Below, piece after piece: positions 1 to 10,062 of a DNA stretch of 20,000 nt; positions within the stretch are counted from its first letter, which is position 1; every line of letters starts with the position of its first letter. The position numbers were made by a program, and so were the translations under genes. The stretch spans positions 58,563-78,562 of the IMG/VR virus record IMGVR_UViG_3300020438_000023; one strand, written 5' to 3'. Below the pieces are notes generated by a model. The model saw nothing but the letters and a program-made list of their open reading frames with translations, did not search any database and was not told where the DNA came from. Source of the stretch: an uncultured virus (IMG/VR IMGVR_UViG_3300020438_000023) (lineage: Duplodnaviria; Heunggongvirae; Uroviricota; Caudoviricetes; Kyanoviridae).

Positions 1-3000
1 GGTTCCCGCAGAAGACACTGTAGCAGTTCCAGCAGCAGATACTAGTGATTGATACCCAAATCCCTTTGTAGACCCAACAGAGACGATCCTACCGCCAACA
101 GGAAGACCTTTAATAATGATATCATCTTCTCTATCATAAGATGTTTCATCAAAGATGATATTTGTTACTCCACTGTCTTCTTCTAAAGTGTAGTTTCCCT
201 CAATATCAACATTGAGTTGATCTACCTTAGGTGATTGGAATAAATCATTCACTGTAATAATAGCATTACTTGCCGATAATCCATCAACACTTTGACCACC
301 AACTTTTAATTCAAAAGAACTCTTAATTCCTGTGAATTGATCTTCAATACCGTCAAAGATATAGTTTTTGTAGTATGGATCATTTGTAGAATCAACTTGA
401 CCATTTCTCATGAACGATCTTCCACTAAATCTAGAGAAAGTAGTGATTCCACTATAATCTCTTTGATCTGGAGGATTATCTGGAGATCCTATCGGAGTTT
501 TTCCATATGGAGCCTCAGCAAAACTAAGTGTATTATCGATAATATTGTAATTACCAATAACCTTAGTAATTTTTGCAAATTGTACGTGATCTGCAAGTAG
601 TGTACCTAAAACTGGCCTCTGAACATATACATCATTATCAGAACCGCCATATCCAACAATGGATACTCTTACGATTTCATCGTCAATCTGAAGAAAATCT
701 CCACTAAAGAATCTTTCTGGTTGCTCAGTTAAAGTAAGAACATCTTGAACAGTTGTAAAAGTATTACCAGCACCCGTTGTAGTAGCAGTAGATACAATAG
801 GAGATTGGATCATATTATCAATAGTGATCAGAGTCTTAGGATTCTGATTCTTTGCGGTTATATAATGATCGGATCCAACTCCAAGAGTTGTAATATTAAA
901 AGGTGTTGGAATTAAAGACAATGCCTCTGTAGCACTGGCTGCAACTCTTACAAGTAGTTCATCCTCTTTGATGATAAACAATTTAGATGGTAATATATCA
1001 GTAACTCCAATTCCAGGAACATCTGTAGAAGCAATTCCAATTGGTTCATTAAGAACATCATAAGAATATACAACTTCCTCTCCTGTTACAAAGAAGTGTT
1101 GAGGCAACTCAATAGTATTTTCAACGACACTAGTAATACCAATATTAGATCCATCAAATTTCTTTTTGAAAATTGGATTTCCCTCATGGAATAGATTGAA
1201 ATCTCTTATAACCGCATTCTGCGTTCCTTGATAGTCCGAATTTCCAGTCAGAATATCTGCATTGATCATATCAATATGATTATTACTTACTCTTTCATCT
1301 CTAATTCCAAGATGCTGAGCATAAACTCTAACTTCACAATCAATCGCATTATTTGCTGTAAAGTAAATTGATGTAACTGTTCCTGCAACACCTGCAGTAA
1401 CTACACCAACTTCACCATCAGTAAATATTTGACCATATTCTGAATAATGTGCAGTTGTTGATGATGAAACAGTTACTAATTCGGAAAGTTGATACTTATT
1501 ATTTGTAGTATCATCAATACTAATGATATAATAACCGCTACTGAAATCATCAATGCCTAAAATTCCATTGAAGTGTGAAGAAATTAAATTACCACCTGTA
1601 CTATCTACGGCGTCAATTGATGTGTAATTAGATTCTACAATAGCAGTAGTAAGTTTAGTGCTTCCCTCAGTGGTAAATCCAGAAGGTTCAGATGCAAGAG
1701 ATATTCTTAAAGCATTGACCTCGGCAGCTATTGCAGGGTTATCTGGAATCAAATCAACCTTTACATTAGATCCATCAATGTAAGCATGATATGTTCCGAT
1801 ACCATCAGCGGAGTACTCATTTAAAGTATCTGTAGTTAACTGACCGTAATCTTGGAATGTTACTTCTGATCCATCATGAACTAGACTGATTTCGTCTAAT
1901 TCATACACATTACCACTACCTTCTTCAATTTGAACAAGCAATTTAGAAGATCTATAATCTGTTGGAATAGTCGCAATCGTGGTAGTAGCACCAGAAGAAA
2001 CAATACTATGTTCTAATTCAATATCAACAACATTACCAAACGTAGTAGTTCCGATTCCTGAAGTAAAATCAGAAATACTGTGAGTAATGAAACTTAAATC
2101 ATAGTCATTAATTTCAAATCTTTCTGGGTAGAATCTCAACTGTGCTTCATCTTCAAATATAGCAAAATCAAAACTTCCTAATTCATAAACAGTTTCTACA
2201 CGTCCATATTGATTGATAAAGAACTCAGTATCGTTATGAATTGCTGTTACAACATATAATTGTCTTTGATCTGTGAATCTGCTGTCTCTAGCAAATATTA
2301 AATATTTTCTAGCTCTAGATTCGGTTAATTTGAAAGTATCGATTACACTAAATTGATCACCCCGTGGATCACTATTAAAATCATCACTAATATCATCAAT
2401 AACAAGAACTCTGTTACCAATAGACTTATTAAAGTCTTGTAGTTCTCTACTGTTGAATACCATACCCGTAGAGAATCTCTTACTACCAATTAATAATGTT
2501 TCATCAACAGTGATATCAAAGTCGAATACACAATTTGTATTCACTACTCTTGAGAAGTCTGCAATAGAAACAAAGTCTCCTCCATTTTGAGATGTGGAAA
2601 TTCCACTATAGGCAAGATCCTGAGACTCTAACTGATAATTACTAAATCTCTTCCATCCAACAAGATGATTAAGTCTTTCGACTTCTTCTTCCCAAATATT
2701 TTCAGTTACTGTACTTTCAATAGCATAAGAGAATCTCTGATAATAGAAACTATCTTGAATCTTGTACTCATTAGAACTTAAGAAACTATGGTTGTCCTCA
2801 TATCCTTGTACAACAACAGCAGATGGTTCAATCTTGTAGTATAAGTCTGTGAGAGTAATATCATCAATTTTAGCAACTGTTCCACTTTTACTTCCAACTA
2901 CCTCTTCATTAAGTTCAAAATACTGTTCTCCAAATATTTTCAAGATTTCAGAATCTTCATTATACTTTTGAACTTCTGCCTGGGCTCCAGTAGTTTTTCC

Positions 3001-6000
3001 TGTAATTATTTCTCCAGGAATATATGGAATTTTCTTTACTGTTATTGCAAATGTTGGAAAATAAATTTCAGGAACAACAATTCCTGTAGCACTAATATCA
3101 TCGTATTCCCCAAGAATTTCTGCAGATCCTACAGATTTAGACATATCAAGTTTAATATTAGCATTAGATCCGCCAAAATTTGGATCAATTTCTGTGATTT
3201 GAAATAAGTCATAATCAAAGTCAGCACTATTGAAAGTTCTATTAGAACTTCCCAAAGTCTTTGATGCACAACCTTCGACTAATACATTATTACCAACAGT
3301 AAATGGAAATGTAGTTCCTGTACTAAATTGAGTCTTAAATGTTAAAGTTGCAATTTTAGTAGTGGTATTAAGGATAATATTTTTTATACTATAACCATTA
3401 GAATTATTAATAGGGATTATGATTGGTTTATCATTAGATAAATCATTTGTATTTTTAATAATATCTACATTTCCATTAAGATCATAGTCTAACAGTAATT
3501 CATCTATAACTTTTTTAGTTACGCTATCTCTTACGATAAGATCTGGAGCTACATTGTAGTTTAATCCAGTAGTTATTGTCTCTATCCCATCAAAAGAAAG
3601 TTTTTGATCGAGAATTAATATATCTGGAAGTTTTGCTGTTGGACTCAACGTGGGATCTGTTGGATAGTCCCAACCAACATTTTCAGTTTTGAATGTTTTT
3701 TCAGCACCAATTGATTCACTTAATATTCTAATTTTTGATCCTTCTCCACCACCTTCACTAACTATTGTCGTTACTCCAACAATTGTATCGTAATTATTTC
3801 CTGCATTTGTTACTAAGATATCAAATATTGGTCCAGTTGTATTAGTAGAGTTTGTAACATATTCTAAACTACTATTTTCTGCTGTAAAAGAAACAATGCC
3901 AATAGCACTTTGTGGAGTATCAAACACGAAAGAAGATGTTGCTGCAGAAACAACTACATGATTCGCATTAATATTACTATTAAGGAAAGAAATTTTTGTA
4001 GAATCAACAACGTTGTAATCATCGATAATTAAATCTTTCTTAGATTGAGTCATCCCAAGATCATTTTTGGGAATCAATTTATAAAATAATTGCTCTGGGG
4101 TAAGTTCATTAACCAATATTTCTACATATGCATCAGAATCTAATCCTAGTCTTCCCGACGAAGTAACAACAAAGTTACCGTCTCTATCAGTTAAGTACTC
4201 TCTTTGATATGTACTATCAAAGAATACTTTGAAATCAAATGCTGATTTTAAAGTAGTTCCATCAATATAAGCTAGTGAAGAATCTCCAACATTAAATCTT
4301 AAAATTTCATTTTTAATGGATCTGATTTCTGGATTTACTAACCTCAGTCTAAAGGTTCCAGTAGTTGTTAAATTAACATTTTTAGTTTCTTCACCTACAG
4401 AATCTTGATAAGATGATGATAATGAGAAAATATTTCTACTAATGTAGTTAGTATAATAAATCCTATTATTGTCTAATCCACCAACAGTAGAAGAAACTAC
4501 AATTACTTTATCACCATCACGATAACCATGATTATCTGATTGTATTTGATTATTTTCTGTATCTATATTGATCAGGGTTTTTTGATCAATCAATATTCTA
4601 TTTGTTACATCATTATAAAATACATCATAATCTTTTCTTCCTCCTGGAAGAATTATTGATCTAAAACGATCACCAACAAGCAATCCATGAGTTTCTCCAG
4701 TAGAAACTGTACATCTAGTTCTCGAAACTTCAACAGAAGCATGAGATCTTTGAGTTTTAAAACTATGATGTTTACCTGTACCAACACCAACAAAATAGAA
4801 AGGTTCTGCGTTTATATTAGTTCCAACACCAACAAATGAGATTGGTTGTCCAGAATTCCTAAAAGATTCAGTTCCAACACCAAGCTTAACTGTTGATATT
4901 CCTATTCTATTTCTATTAAACGCGAAAGCAAAGAGTTCAGTATTATCTGCTAAAGTAGTGGATCCAACACCATTAGTTGATATTGAAAGATTATCTCCAG
5001 TATTTGAATAATATACAATTTTCTCCCCTGTTTTAAGTCCATGGCTGGGAATAAGAATAGATCTTGTGGGGATGGATATAATAGATTTTCCTGTTCCAGG
5101 ATTACTAATGGTTACAGATGTTGTTATTCCAAAACCAGCAGTTGTTCCTATTCCAACAGACTCTGATGGATCAAAATATAATTCTCTATCTTGTTTAGAT
5201 ATTCCACCATTTTCAGTATTAAGAACAATCTCAAATCTTGTAGGTACATGAGTTATCGATGTTTCTAAAGAGTGTGCTACTCCAACTGTACCATCATGTT
5301 CTCTTAAAACTCTTAACCTTGATCTACTAAGATCAACATTAAGAACTTTCATTCTTTCATCTTCAATTTGAATAATATCGTTTTCGCGTACTTTTGATAA
5401 AGATTCTGTTTTTACTGGTATGAAAGTTGTGGGACCAGTATCAGTAGATCCACCAATATCTTTATTGAGAATAAAACTAATTGTTGGTATGACTATTGAA
5501 CTAATAGTATCAATATCAAGTTGATTTTCAGTAGATATACCAATAACTCTTACTAAATCTTTGTGATTAAGTTCAAGATCTTGATTGCACTGAATAATAA
5601 GACCATTTATTCCTTGGAATGCTTTTCCTTTTAAGTAAGTTTCACTCAGAGCTATTGATGTTACAGATTTTCCTTCAATTTCAGTTACAATAGCTGCCGC
5701 TCCTGTTCCACCTGTTCCAACGTTATCAAAACTAACAAAATCATTTACAGAATATCCATCACCCTTATCTAAAATTTCAATATCGTCAATTCTTCCTTTA
5801 GAAAGACCAGTTATTTTAGAATAATGAGCATCAAATGTATCTGGTTGAAGAAGATAATCATAACCACTATACCATTGCTTTAAATTGTATGGTGTAGTGT
5901 TTCTTCTACACCCATATTCTTCAAAATCAAACTCAATTTGATTTGTATCTTTTAACTCACTATAGTTGAATAAAATTGGAGTAAACTTTAAATTTTTTCC

Positions 6001-9000
6001 AACACAATATGGATATTGTGGTAATTTATTTTGAGAGAATTCTCCGGTTGCCTGCACTTCACTAGAAACGGTCATGAAATATGCATACACACCTTTTGGA
6101 TATTCTGGTGTTATGCAAAATCTTCCATTGTTTTCGTCTAAATCTCCAGATCCAACAAAAATATTATCTTCGTTAAAGAATCCTAATGGGAAATTGGGTC
6201 TATTTTCAGCAGTTATTCTCTCATATCCAGAAATTAACTGTTTAATTGACCCACCACTAATAGAAGAATAACCATATGGACCATAAATTGGAGATCCGTC
6301 ATAGGCCCATCCCATTAATGGAGAATGATATTTTATAGTATTTTCCGAATCGTCATTTGCGAGATCGGTTCTATACTTGAGGATGCCTTCTTCAAATTTT
6401 TCCGAAAACAAATTTTCTCGCAATCTTCTTGGAGCATACATGTGAGTATACTGCATACCAAAATCTCTATCTAAACTCGGAACAACATAACTATCGTCAG
6501 ATGTAATAGATTTTTCTTTTATAAGTCTTTCTACTTGATCAACATTCCATGATTTTATTTTAAAATCAAGTTCACAACCTTCACCAGGAGTTTCAATAAA
6601 GAACTTTGGTGTTTGACTGTAAGAATTTCCTTTTTGTATAATTTTTACATCTACAATTTTTCCACCACTTACTATTGGGGTTACTTCACTTTGTGCATTT
6701 TGTAAATCAGCATCATTTTCAAATAATGTAATTTCTGGTGCTGCATTAAAATCTCTACCGCCCGAAAGGATGATTACATCTTCTAATTCACCTTCAAAAA
6801 TAACTGGTTGTAAAATTGCTCCACTTCCTGATAATAACGAATATCTTGGTTGCTTTTCAAAATTTAAAATATCTGCAGATCCATACTTTGATCCAGACTC
6901 TTTAATTTCTACCTTTATAATTTCTCCTCTGAAAAGAGGATTTAGTTTGATTTTACTAGTTTCAGTTACAAAAGTAGATACTCCAAGTGTTCCTGAGAGT
7001 TCAACCGTTATTGGAGGTGCTTTAAATGTGTGGAAACCATCTGGAGCTGAAGCAATTTCTACTAGTTTATTTCGATTAGCATAGACATCCCCAAGATCAT
7101 CATTTTCATTTTTTTCAAATAAGGAGAAAGTATCCTTTGTAACTCCTGTTACAAAATAAGTAATCGTACTAGCAAGACCACTGATTGCATCTCCAGTATG
7201 TTCGTAAATAATTTCATCATCCTGATTAAATAAATGATTAGCTTTTGTTATCACATAATTTGATGTGTTAATACCTGAAGATGTAATAATTACTTTATTA
7301 TTGTTATATCCTTCCCCAGGATCTGCAATTTCTATTGAGCTTAGAGCATTTCTAAGTCCAGAAGCAGTTAAACTATGATTACCAATACCAAGAGCTGTAA
7401 TAGATACTGGATTAATTCCCTCAAGAGCTTCTTCACTAGTATTATGTAAAGTGAGTGTCGTGGAACTAACTATATGAGCAAAATATACATTACCATCTAT
7501 CACTCCACCGAGAGATGTTTCACCTTCATTAGAATAATTTAATTCATCACCTTCTCTAAATGAATGAGTTTTTTCAAAAGTAATTGTATTATTGGTTAAA
7601 GAAACTTTTTCAGAAATATTTGATCTAAAAAATCTTTTATTTTCTATTTGAGTAAATTTTGGAGCTGCCTCTGCAATTCTAGTTGGGTTTCCTCCAGATA
7701 TTACTACAGAATCCGCAAATTTTATATAATCCATTCCAGGATCTTCAATGTTTATTTTTTGAAGATTTCCTCTAACTACAAGTTCTCCCTCAAAATTTAT
7801 TCCTGTAGAATCTGTAGTGAATAAAGTTGGTGGATTTATAACATCATATCCACCACCACTAGAAGATACAACTACCTCTTCAATTTCTCCGTAATAACAA
7901 AAATCTTTAGATCTATTAGTAACTATTTCAACACCATTCTTTAATATTCCTATTCTCTCATTAGATTCAATTGCTTGAGTTTCAGTGTCTATGGTCCTCT
8001 CTTTTTGATTGGACATTTTTCTCATAGCAAATTGAGGCTCAACTTCCGTTTGCTTCTGAAATGCATAATTATCAGTTCTAAGTAATTTTGCAAAATCTGC
8101 AAAACCAGTAGCTTCAATAAAGATTAGATTTGTTAAATTACTTGTACTTTTTGCTAATTTAAAATTATTTTCATCAATTCTAAAAGCAAAATAATAACCA
8201 GACAGATCTAATGTATTTTCTTCGGAAAAAGAACTATCATAAAATACAGAATCTCCAGAATATAAACCATGATTACTTACTGTGAACGTCTTTGTGCTTG
8301 AAAACGTACCAGAAAGCGTAACATCTCTATAGTTTACCTGGAGATCTGCATTAAAATAATTTGGAAGAGAGTTTGTAGCAATGTAAACATCACCTTCTAA
8401 GTCAATATAAGTATTTTGAATATTAGCTGCTATCTCTGTTCCTTTTGCTTTTGTGACTTTTCTCTTTATATAAAAAGCCTCTGTAATTTCACGGTCATTT
8501 AAAATTCTGAAAGAATTATCTGGAGTAGGTCCTTGAGATGCTTCAAACTCTTTTTCGATTCTTTCTAAAGAACCATCTGCGTTTCTAACATCACAATTTA
8601 CAAGTACTCTGTCTCCACCATTTATCAGACAATTATCATATGTTGTTATAGAGTAATTATTGTTTCCTTCATCATTCAGTTCAAAAACTCTATTTGAAAT
8701 CGCATGATTAAACATCCACTTCGATGCTTTTAAATCATCTGTTGCCTTTCCTAATCTCCAAACTTTTGCATAGTCACCGATTTCAGAATAAGCAGTTTTT
8801 GCAGTTTCTTTTAGTTCACCAAGAACTCCAGAAATACGCATTCTTACTTCTTCACCTTCTTCATCGTAGGAATAAACATATGAGTTCATTCCAATAGTCC
8901 AACCAGACTCAATTGGCCTTATTACTCCAGTTGCATTTAAGAATTGATTTACATTTACACCATCATAAGTGATAAGCATATATTGGTCATCAAGACCTGC

Positions 9001-10056
9001 TTCTTCGTCCCCATTAAATAAGACAAGAAGTTCCCCAGATTCACTAAAACCTAAAGTAGTATCAACAGTTATTACACTAGCACCAACAGATATATTATCT
9101 ACAGTTTGGGTTTGTGAGTGTATAGTGAACTCTCCAAATACTGTTCCTGTAACATTTAAATCTCTGTTATAACCATAATCTAAACTAATAACAAAATACT
9201 CATTACCATTCTTTTCTATTTCTTCTACACCAACAACAGTTCCATAAGCGTCATCAATATCTCCATCTTTCTCTTGATATAAAACTCTATTGAGAATCTC
9301 TTTAGGATTTCCATCTATCTCTTCAACAACAAGATTTATAGTTTTTCTATAATCAGCAATTGATGGTGTAAATAAGAAATCTCTAGGTCTTATAATTTTT
9401 GGAGATGTACCATAAAGAGCCTTAAACAAGATGATAAAGGAATCATCTGTTCCTTTAGAACTATAAAAATCTTTTAATTGTTTAATGAATAGACTCTGAT
9501 TGAGACCATCCGCAAAACTAACGTTTTCAAATCCAGGGGCAAATTGGATTTTTAATTTGGTAAAAAACTCGTCTAATAATAAAGCGTTGAGGTTACTAAC
9601 CAATGCTCCCGAAAGATGTTCATCAACGGTTGACTCTTCAAATTTTAATAGGTCAGTAGTTCCAGGATTATCATAACCTGTAATTCCACTAAAACCCCTT
9701 GTACATTGATCAAATGTTGTTATTGTTTTAGTTTTATAGTATATAATTTCATCGTTAATTTTGATCATCCCATTTTCAAAAGGATAACCTCTAGTTGACG
9801 TTACAGTTACAGTGTCGTCAAAGGTACCAAGATCTTCAGTAAGTTCTGTTGTCGAGATAGAGTCTGCAACAAAATCTAATTTTGTATAAGTATCTGGATT
9901 TGTAAGGAGATCATACGTTTGACCAGGATTTTCAAGATACCGATAATATTCCTCTAAAAACTCTACAAGAAATGGATAATTATCTTGTGCAAAAAGAGGT
10001 AGTTGACTTTGAACTACCGACGTTAATCTTACTTTGTTGGTTGAACTTCCGTGCAT
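1..10056 (-). CDS. Giant baseplate wedge protein, gp7/VrlC-like (3' end beyond window; at least 3352 aa)
   Basis: ATG at 10056, just after the gp6 stop: MHGSSTNKVRLTSVVQSQLPLFAQDNYPFLVEFLEEYYRYLE...FYSSKGTDDSFIILFKALYG, typical of the cyanophage gp7-like N-terminus. The same frame reads sensibly at position 1 (...GFGYQSLVSAAGTATVSSAGT). The ORF track lists no closed minus-strand ORF here, which is consistent with one unterminated frame. Gene order is gp25-gp6-gp7. Confidence 0.88.
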   Translation of the reverse strand, partial: MHGSSTNKVRLTSVVQSQLPLFAQDNYPFLVEFLEEYYRYLENPGQTYDLLTNPDTYTKLDFVADSISTTELTEDLGTFDDTVTVTSTRGYPFENGMIKINDEIIYYKTKTITTFDQCTRGFSGITGYDNPGTTDLLKFEESTVDEHLSGALVSNLNALLLDEFFTKLKIQFAPGFENVSFADGLNQSLFIKQLKDFYSSKGTDDSFIILFKALYGTSPKIIRPRDFLFTPSIADYRKTINLVVEEIDGNPKEILNRVLYQEKDGDIDDAYGTVVGVEEIEKNGNEYFVISLDYGYNRDLNVTGTVFGEFTIHSQTQTVDNISVGASVITVDTTLGFSESGELLVLFNGDEEAGLDDQYMLITYDGVNVNQFLNATGVIRPIESGWTIGMNSYVYSYDEEGEEVRMRISGVLGELKETAKTAYSEIGDYAKVWRLGKATDDLKASKWMFNHAISNRVFELNDEGNNNYSITTYDNCLINGGDRVLVNCDVRNADGSLERIEKEFEASQGPTPDNSFRILNDREITEAFYIKRKVTKAKGTEIAANIQNTYIDLEGDVYIATNSLPNYFNADLQVNYRDVTLSGTFSSTKTFTVSNHGLYSGDSVFYDSSFSEENTLDLSGYYFAFRIDENNFKLAKSTSNLTNLIFIEATGFADFAKLLRTDNYAFQKQTEVEPQFAMRKMSNQKERTIDTETQAIESNERIGILKNGVEIVTNRSKDFCYYGEIEEVVVSSSGGGYDVINPPTLFTTDSTGINFEGELVVRGNLQKINIEDPGMDYIKFADSVVISGGNPTRIAEAAPKFTQIENKRFFRSNISEKVSLTNNTITFEKTHSFREGDELNYSNEGETSLGGVIDGNVYFAHIVSSTTLTLHNTSEEALEGINPVSITALGIGNHSLTASGLRNALSSIEIADPGEGYNNNKVIITSSGINTSNYVITKANHLFNQDDEIIYEHTGDAISGLASTITYFVTGVTKDTFSLFEKNENDDLGDVYANRNKLVEIASAPDGFHTFKAPPITVELSGTLGVSTFVTETSKIKLNPLFRGEIIKVEIKESGSKYGSADILNFEKQPRYSLLSGSGAILQPVIFEGELEDVIILSGGRDFNAAPEITLFENDADLQNAQSEVTPIVSGGKIVDVKIIQKGNSYSQTPKFFIETPGEGCELDFKIKSWNVDQVERLIKEKSITSDDSYVVPSLDRDFGMQYTHMYAPRRLRENLFSEKFEEGILKYRTDLANDDSENTIKYHSPLMGWAYDGSPIYGPYGYSSISGGSIKQLISGYERITAENRPNFPLGFFNEDNIFVGSGDLDENNGRFCITPEYPKGVYAYFMTVSSEVQATGEFSQNKLPQYPYCVGKNLKFTPILFNYSELKDTNQIEFDFEEYGCRRNTTPYNLKQWYSGYDYLLQPDTFDAHYSKITGLSKGRIDDIEILDKGDGYSVNDFVSFDNVGTGGTGAAAIVTEIEGKSVTSIALSETYLKGKAFQGINGLIIQCNQDLELNHKDLVRVIGISTENQLDIDTISSIVIPTISFILNKDIGGSTDTGPTTFIPVKTESLSKVRENDIIQIEDERMKVLNVDLSRSRLRVLREHDGTVGVAHSLETSITHVPTRFEIVLNTENGGISKQDRELYFDPSESVGIGTTAGFGITTSVTISNPGTGKSIISIPTRSILIPSHGLKTGEKIVYYSNTGDNLSISTNGVGSTTLADNTELFAFAFNRNRIGISTVKLGVGTESFRNSGQPISFVGVGTNINAEPFYFVGVGTGKHHSFKTQRSHASVEVSRTRCTVSTGETHGLLVGDRFRSIILPGGRKDYDVFYNDVTNRILIDQKTLINIDTENNQIQSDNHGYRDGDKVIVVSSTVGGLDNNRIYYTNYISRNIFSLSSSYQDSVGEETKNVNLTTTGTFRLRLVNPEIRSIKNEILRFNVGDSSLAYIDGTTLKSAFDFKVFFDSTYQREYLTDRDGNFVVTSSGRLGLDSDAYVEILVNELTPEQLFYKLIPKNDLGMTQSKKDLIIDDYNVVDSTKISFLNSNINANHVVVSAATSSFVFDTPQSAIGIVSFTAENSSLEYVTNSTNTTGPIFDILVTNAGNNYDTIVGVTTIVSEGGGEGSKIRILSESIGAEKTFKTENVGWDYPTDPTLSPTAKLPDILILDQKLSFDGIETITTGLNYNVAPDLIVRDSVTKKVIDELLLDYDLNGNVDIIKNTNDLSNDKPIIIPINNSNGYSIKNIILNTTTKIATLTFKTQFSTGTTFPFTVGNNVLVEGCASKTLGSSNRTFNSADFDYDLFQITEIDPNFGGSNANIKLDMSKSVGSAEILGEYDDISATGIVVPEIYFPTFAITVKKIPYIPGEIITGKTTGAQAEVQKYNEDSEILKIFGEQYFELNEEVVGSKSGTVAKIDDITLTDLYYKIEPSAVVVQGYEDNHSFLSSNEYKIQDSFYYQRFSYAIESTVTENIWEEEVERLNHLVGWKRFSNYQLESQDLAYSGISTSQNGGDFVSIADFSRVVNTNCVFDFDITVDETLLIGSKRFSTGMVFNSRELQDFNKSIGNRVLVIDDISDDFNSDPRGDQFSVIDTFKLTESRARKYLIFARDSRFTDQRQLYVVTAIHNDTEFFINQYGRVETVYELGSFDFAIFEDEAQLRFYPERFEINDYDLSFITHSISDFTSGIGTTTFGNVVDIELEHSIVSSGATTTIATIPTDYRSSKLLVQIEEGSGNVYELDEISLVHDGSEVTFQDYGQLTTDTLNEYSADGIGTYHAYIDGSNVKVDLIPDNPAIAAEVNALRISLASEPSGFTTEGSTKLTTAIVESNYTSIDAVDSTGGNLISSHFNGILGIDDFSSGYYIISIDDTTNNKYQLSELVTVSSSTTAHYSEYGQIFTDGEVGVVTAGVAGTVTSIYFTANNAIDCEVRVYAQHLGIRDERVSNNHIDMINADILTGNSDYQGTQNAVIRDFNLFHEGNPIFKKKFDGSNIGITSVVENTIELPQHFFVTGEEVVYSYDVLNEPIGIASTDVPGIGVTDILPSKLFIIKEDELLVRVAASATEALSLIPTPFNITTLGVGSDHYITAKNQNPKTLITIDNMIQSPIVSTATTTGAGNTFTTVQDVLTLTEQPERFFSGDFLQIDDEIVRVSIVGYGGSDNDVYVQRPVLGTLLADHVQFAKITKVIGNYNIIDNTLSFAEAPYGKTPIGSPDNPPDQRDYSGITTFSRFSGRSFMRNGQVDSTNDPYYKNYIFDGIEDQFTGIKSSFELKVGGQSVDGLSASNAIITVNDLFQSPKVDQLNVDIEGNYTLEEDSGVTNIIFDETSYDREDDIIIKGLPVGGRIVSVGSTKGFGYQSLVSAAGTATVSSAGT

Positions 10057-10062
10057 TTTCTA

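Noticed and set aside
337..9172. Short plus-strand ORFs (337, 2968, 5066, 6074, 6770, 8969)
   Set aside because: They are antisense shadows of the giant minus-strand baseplate gene, with no RBS or recognisable protein features.
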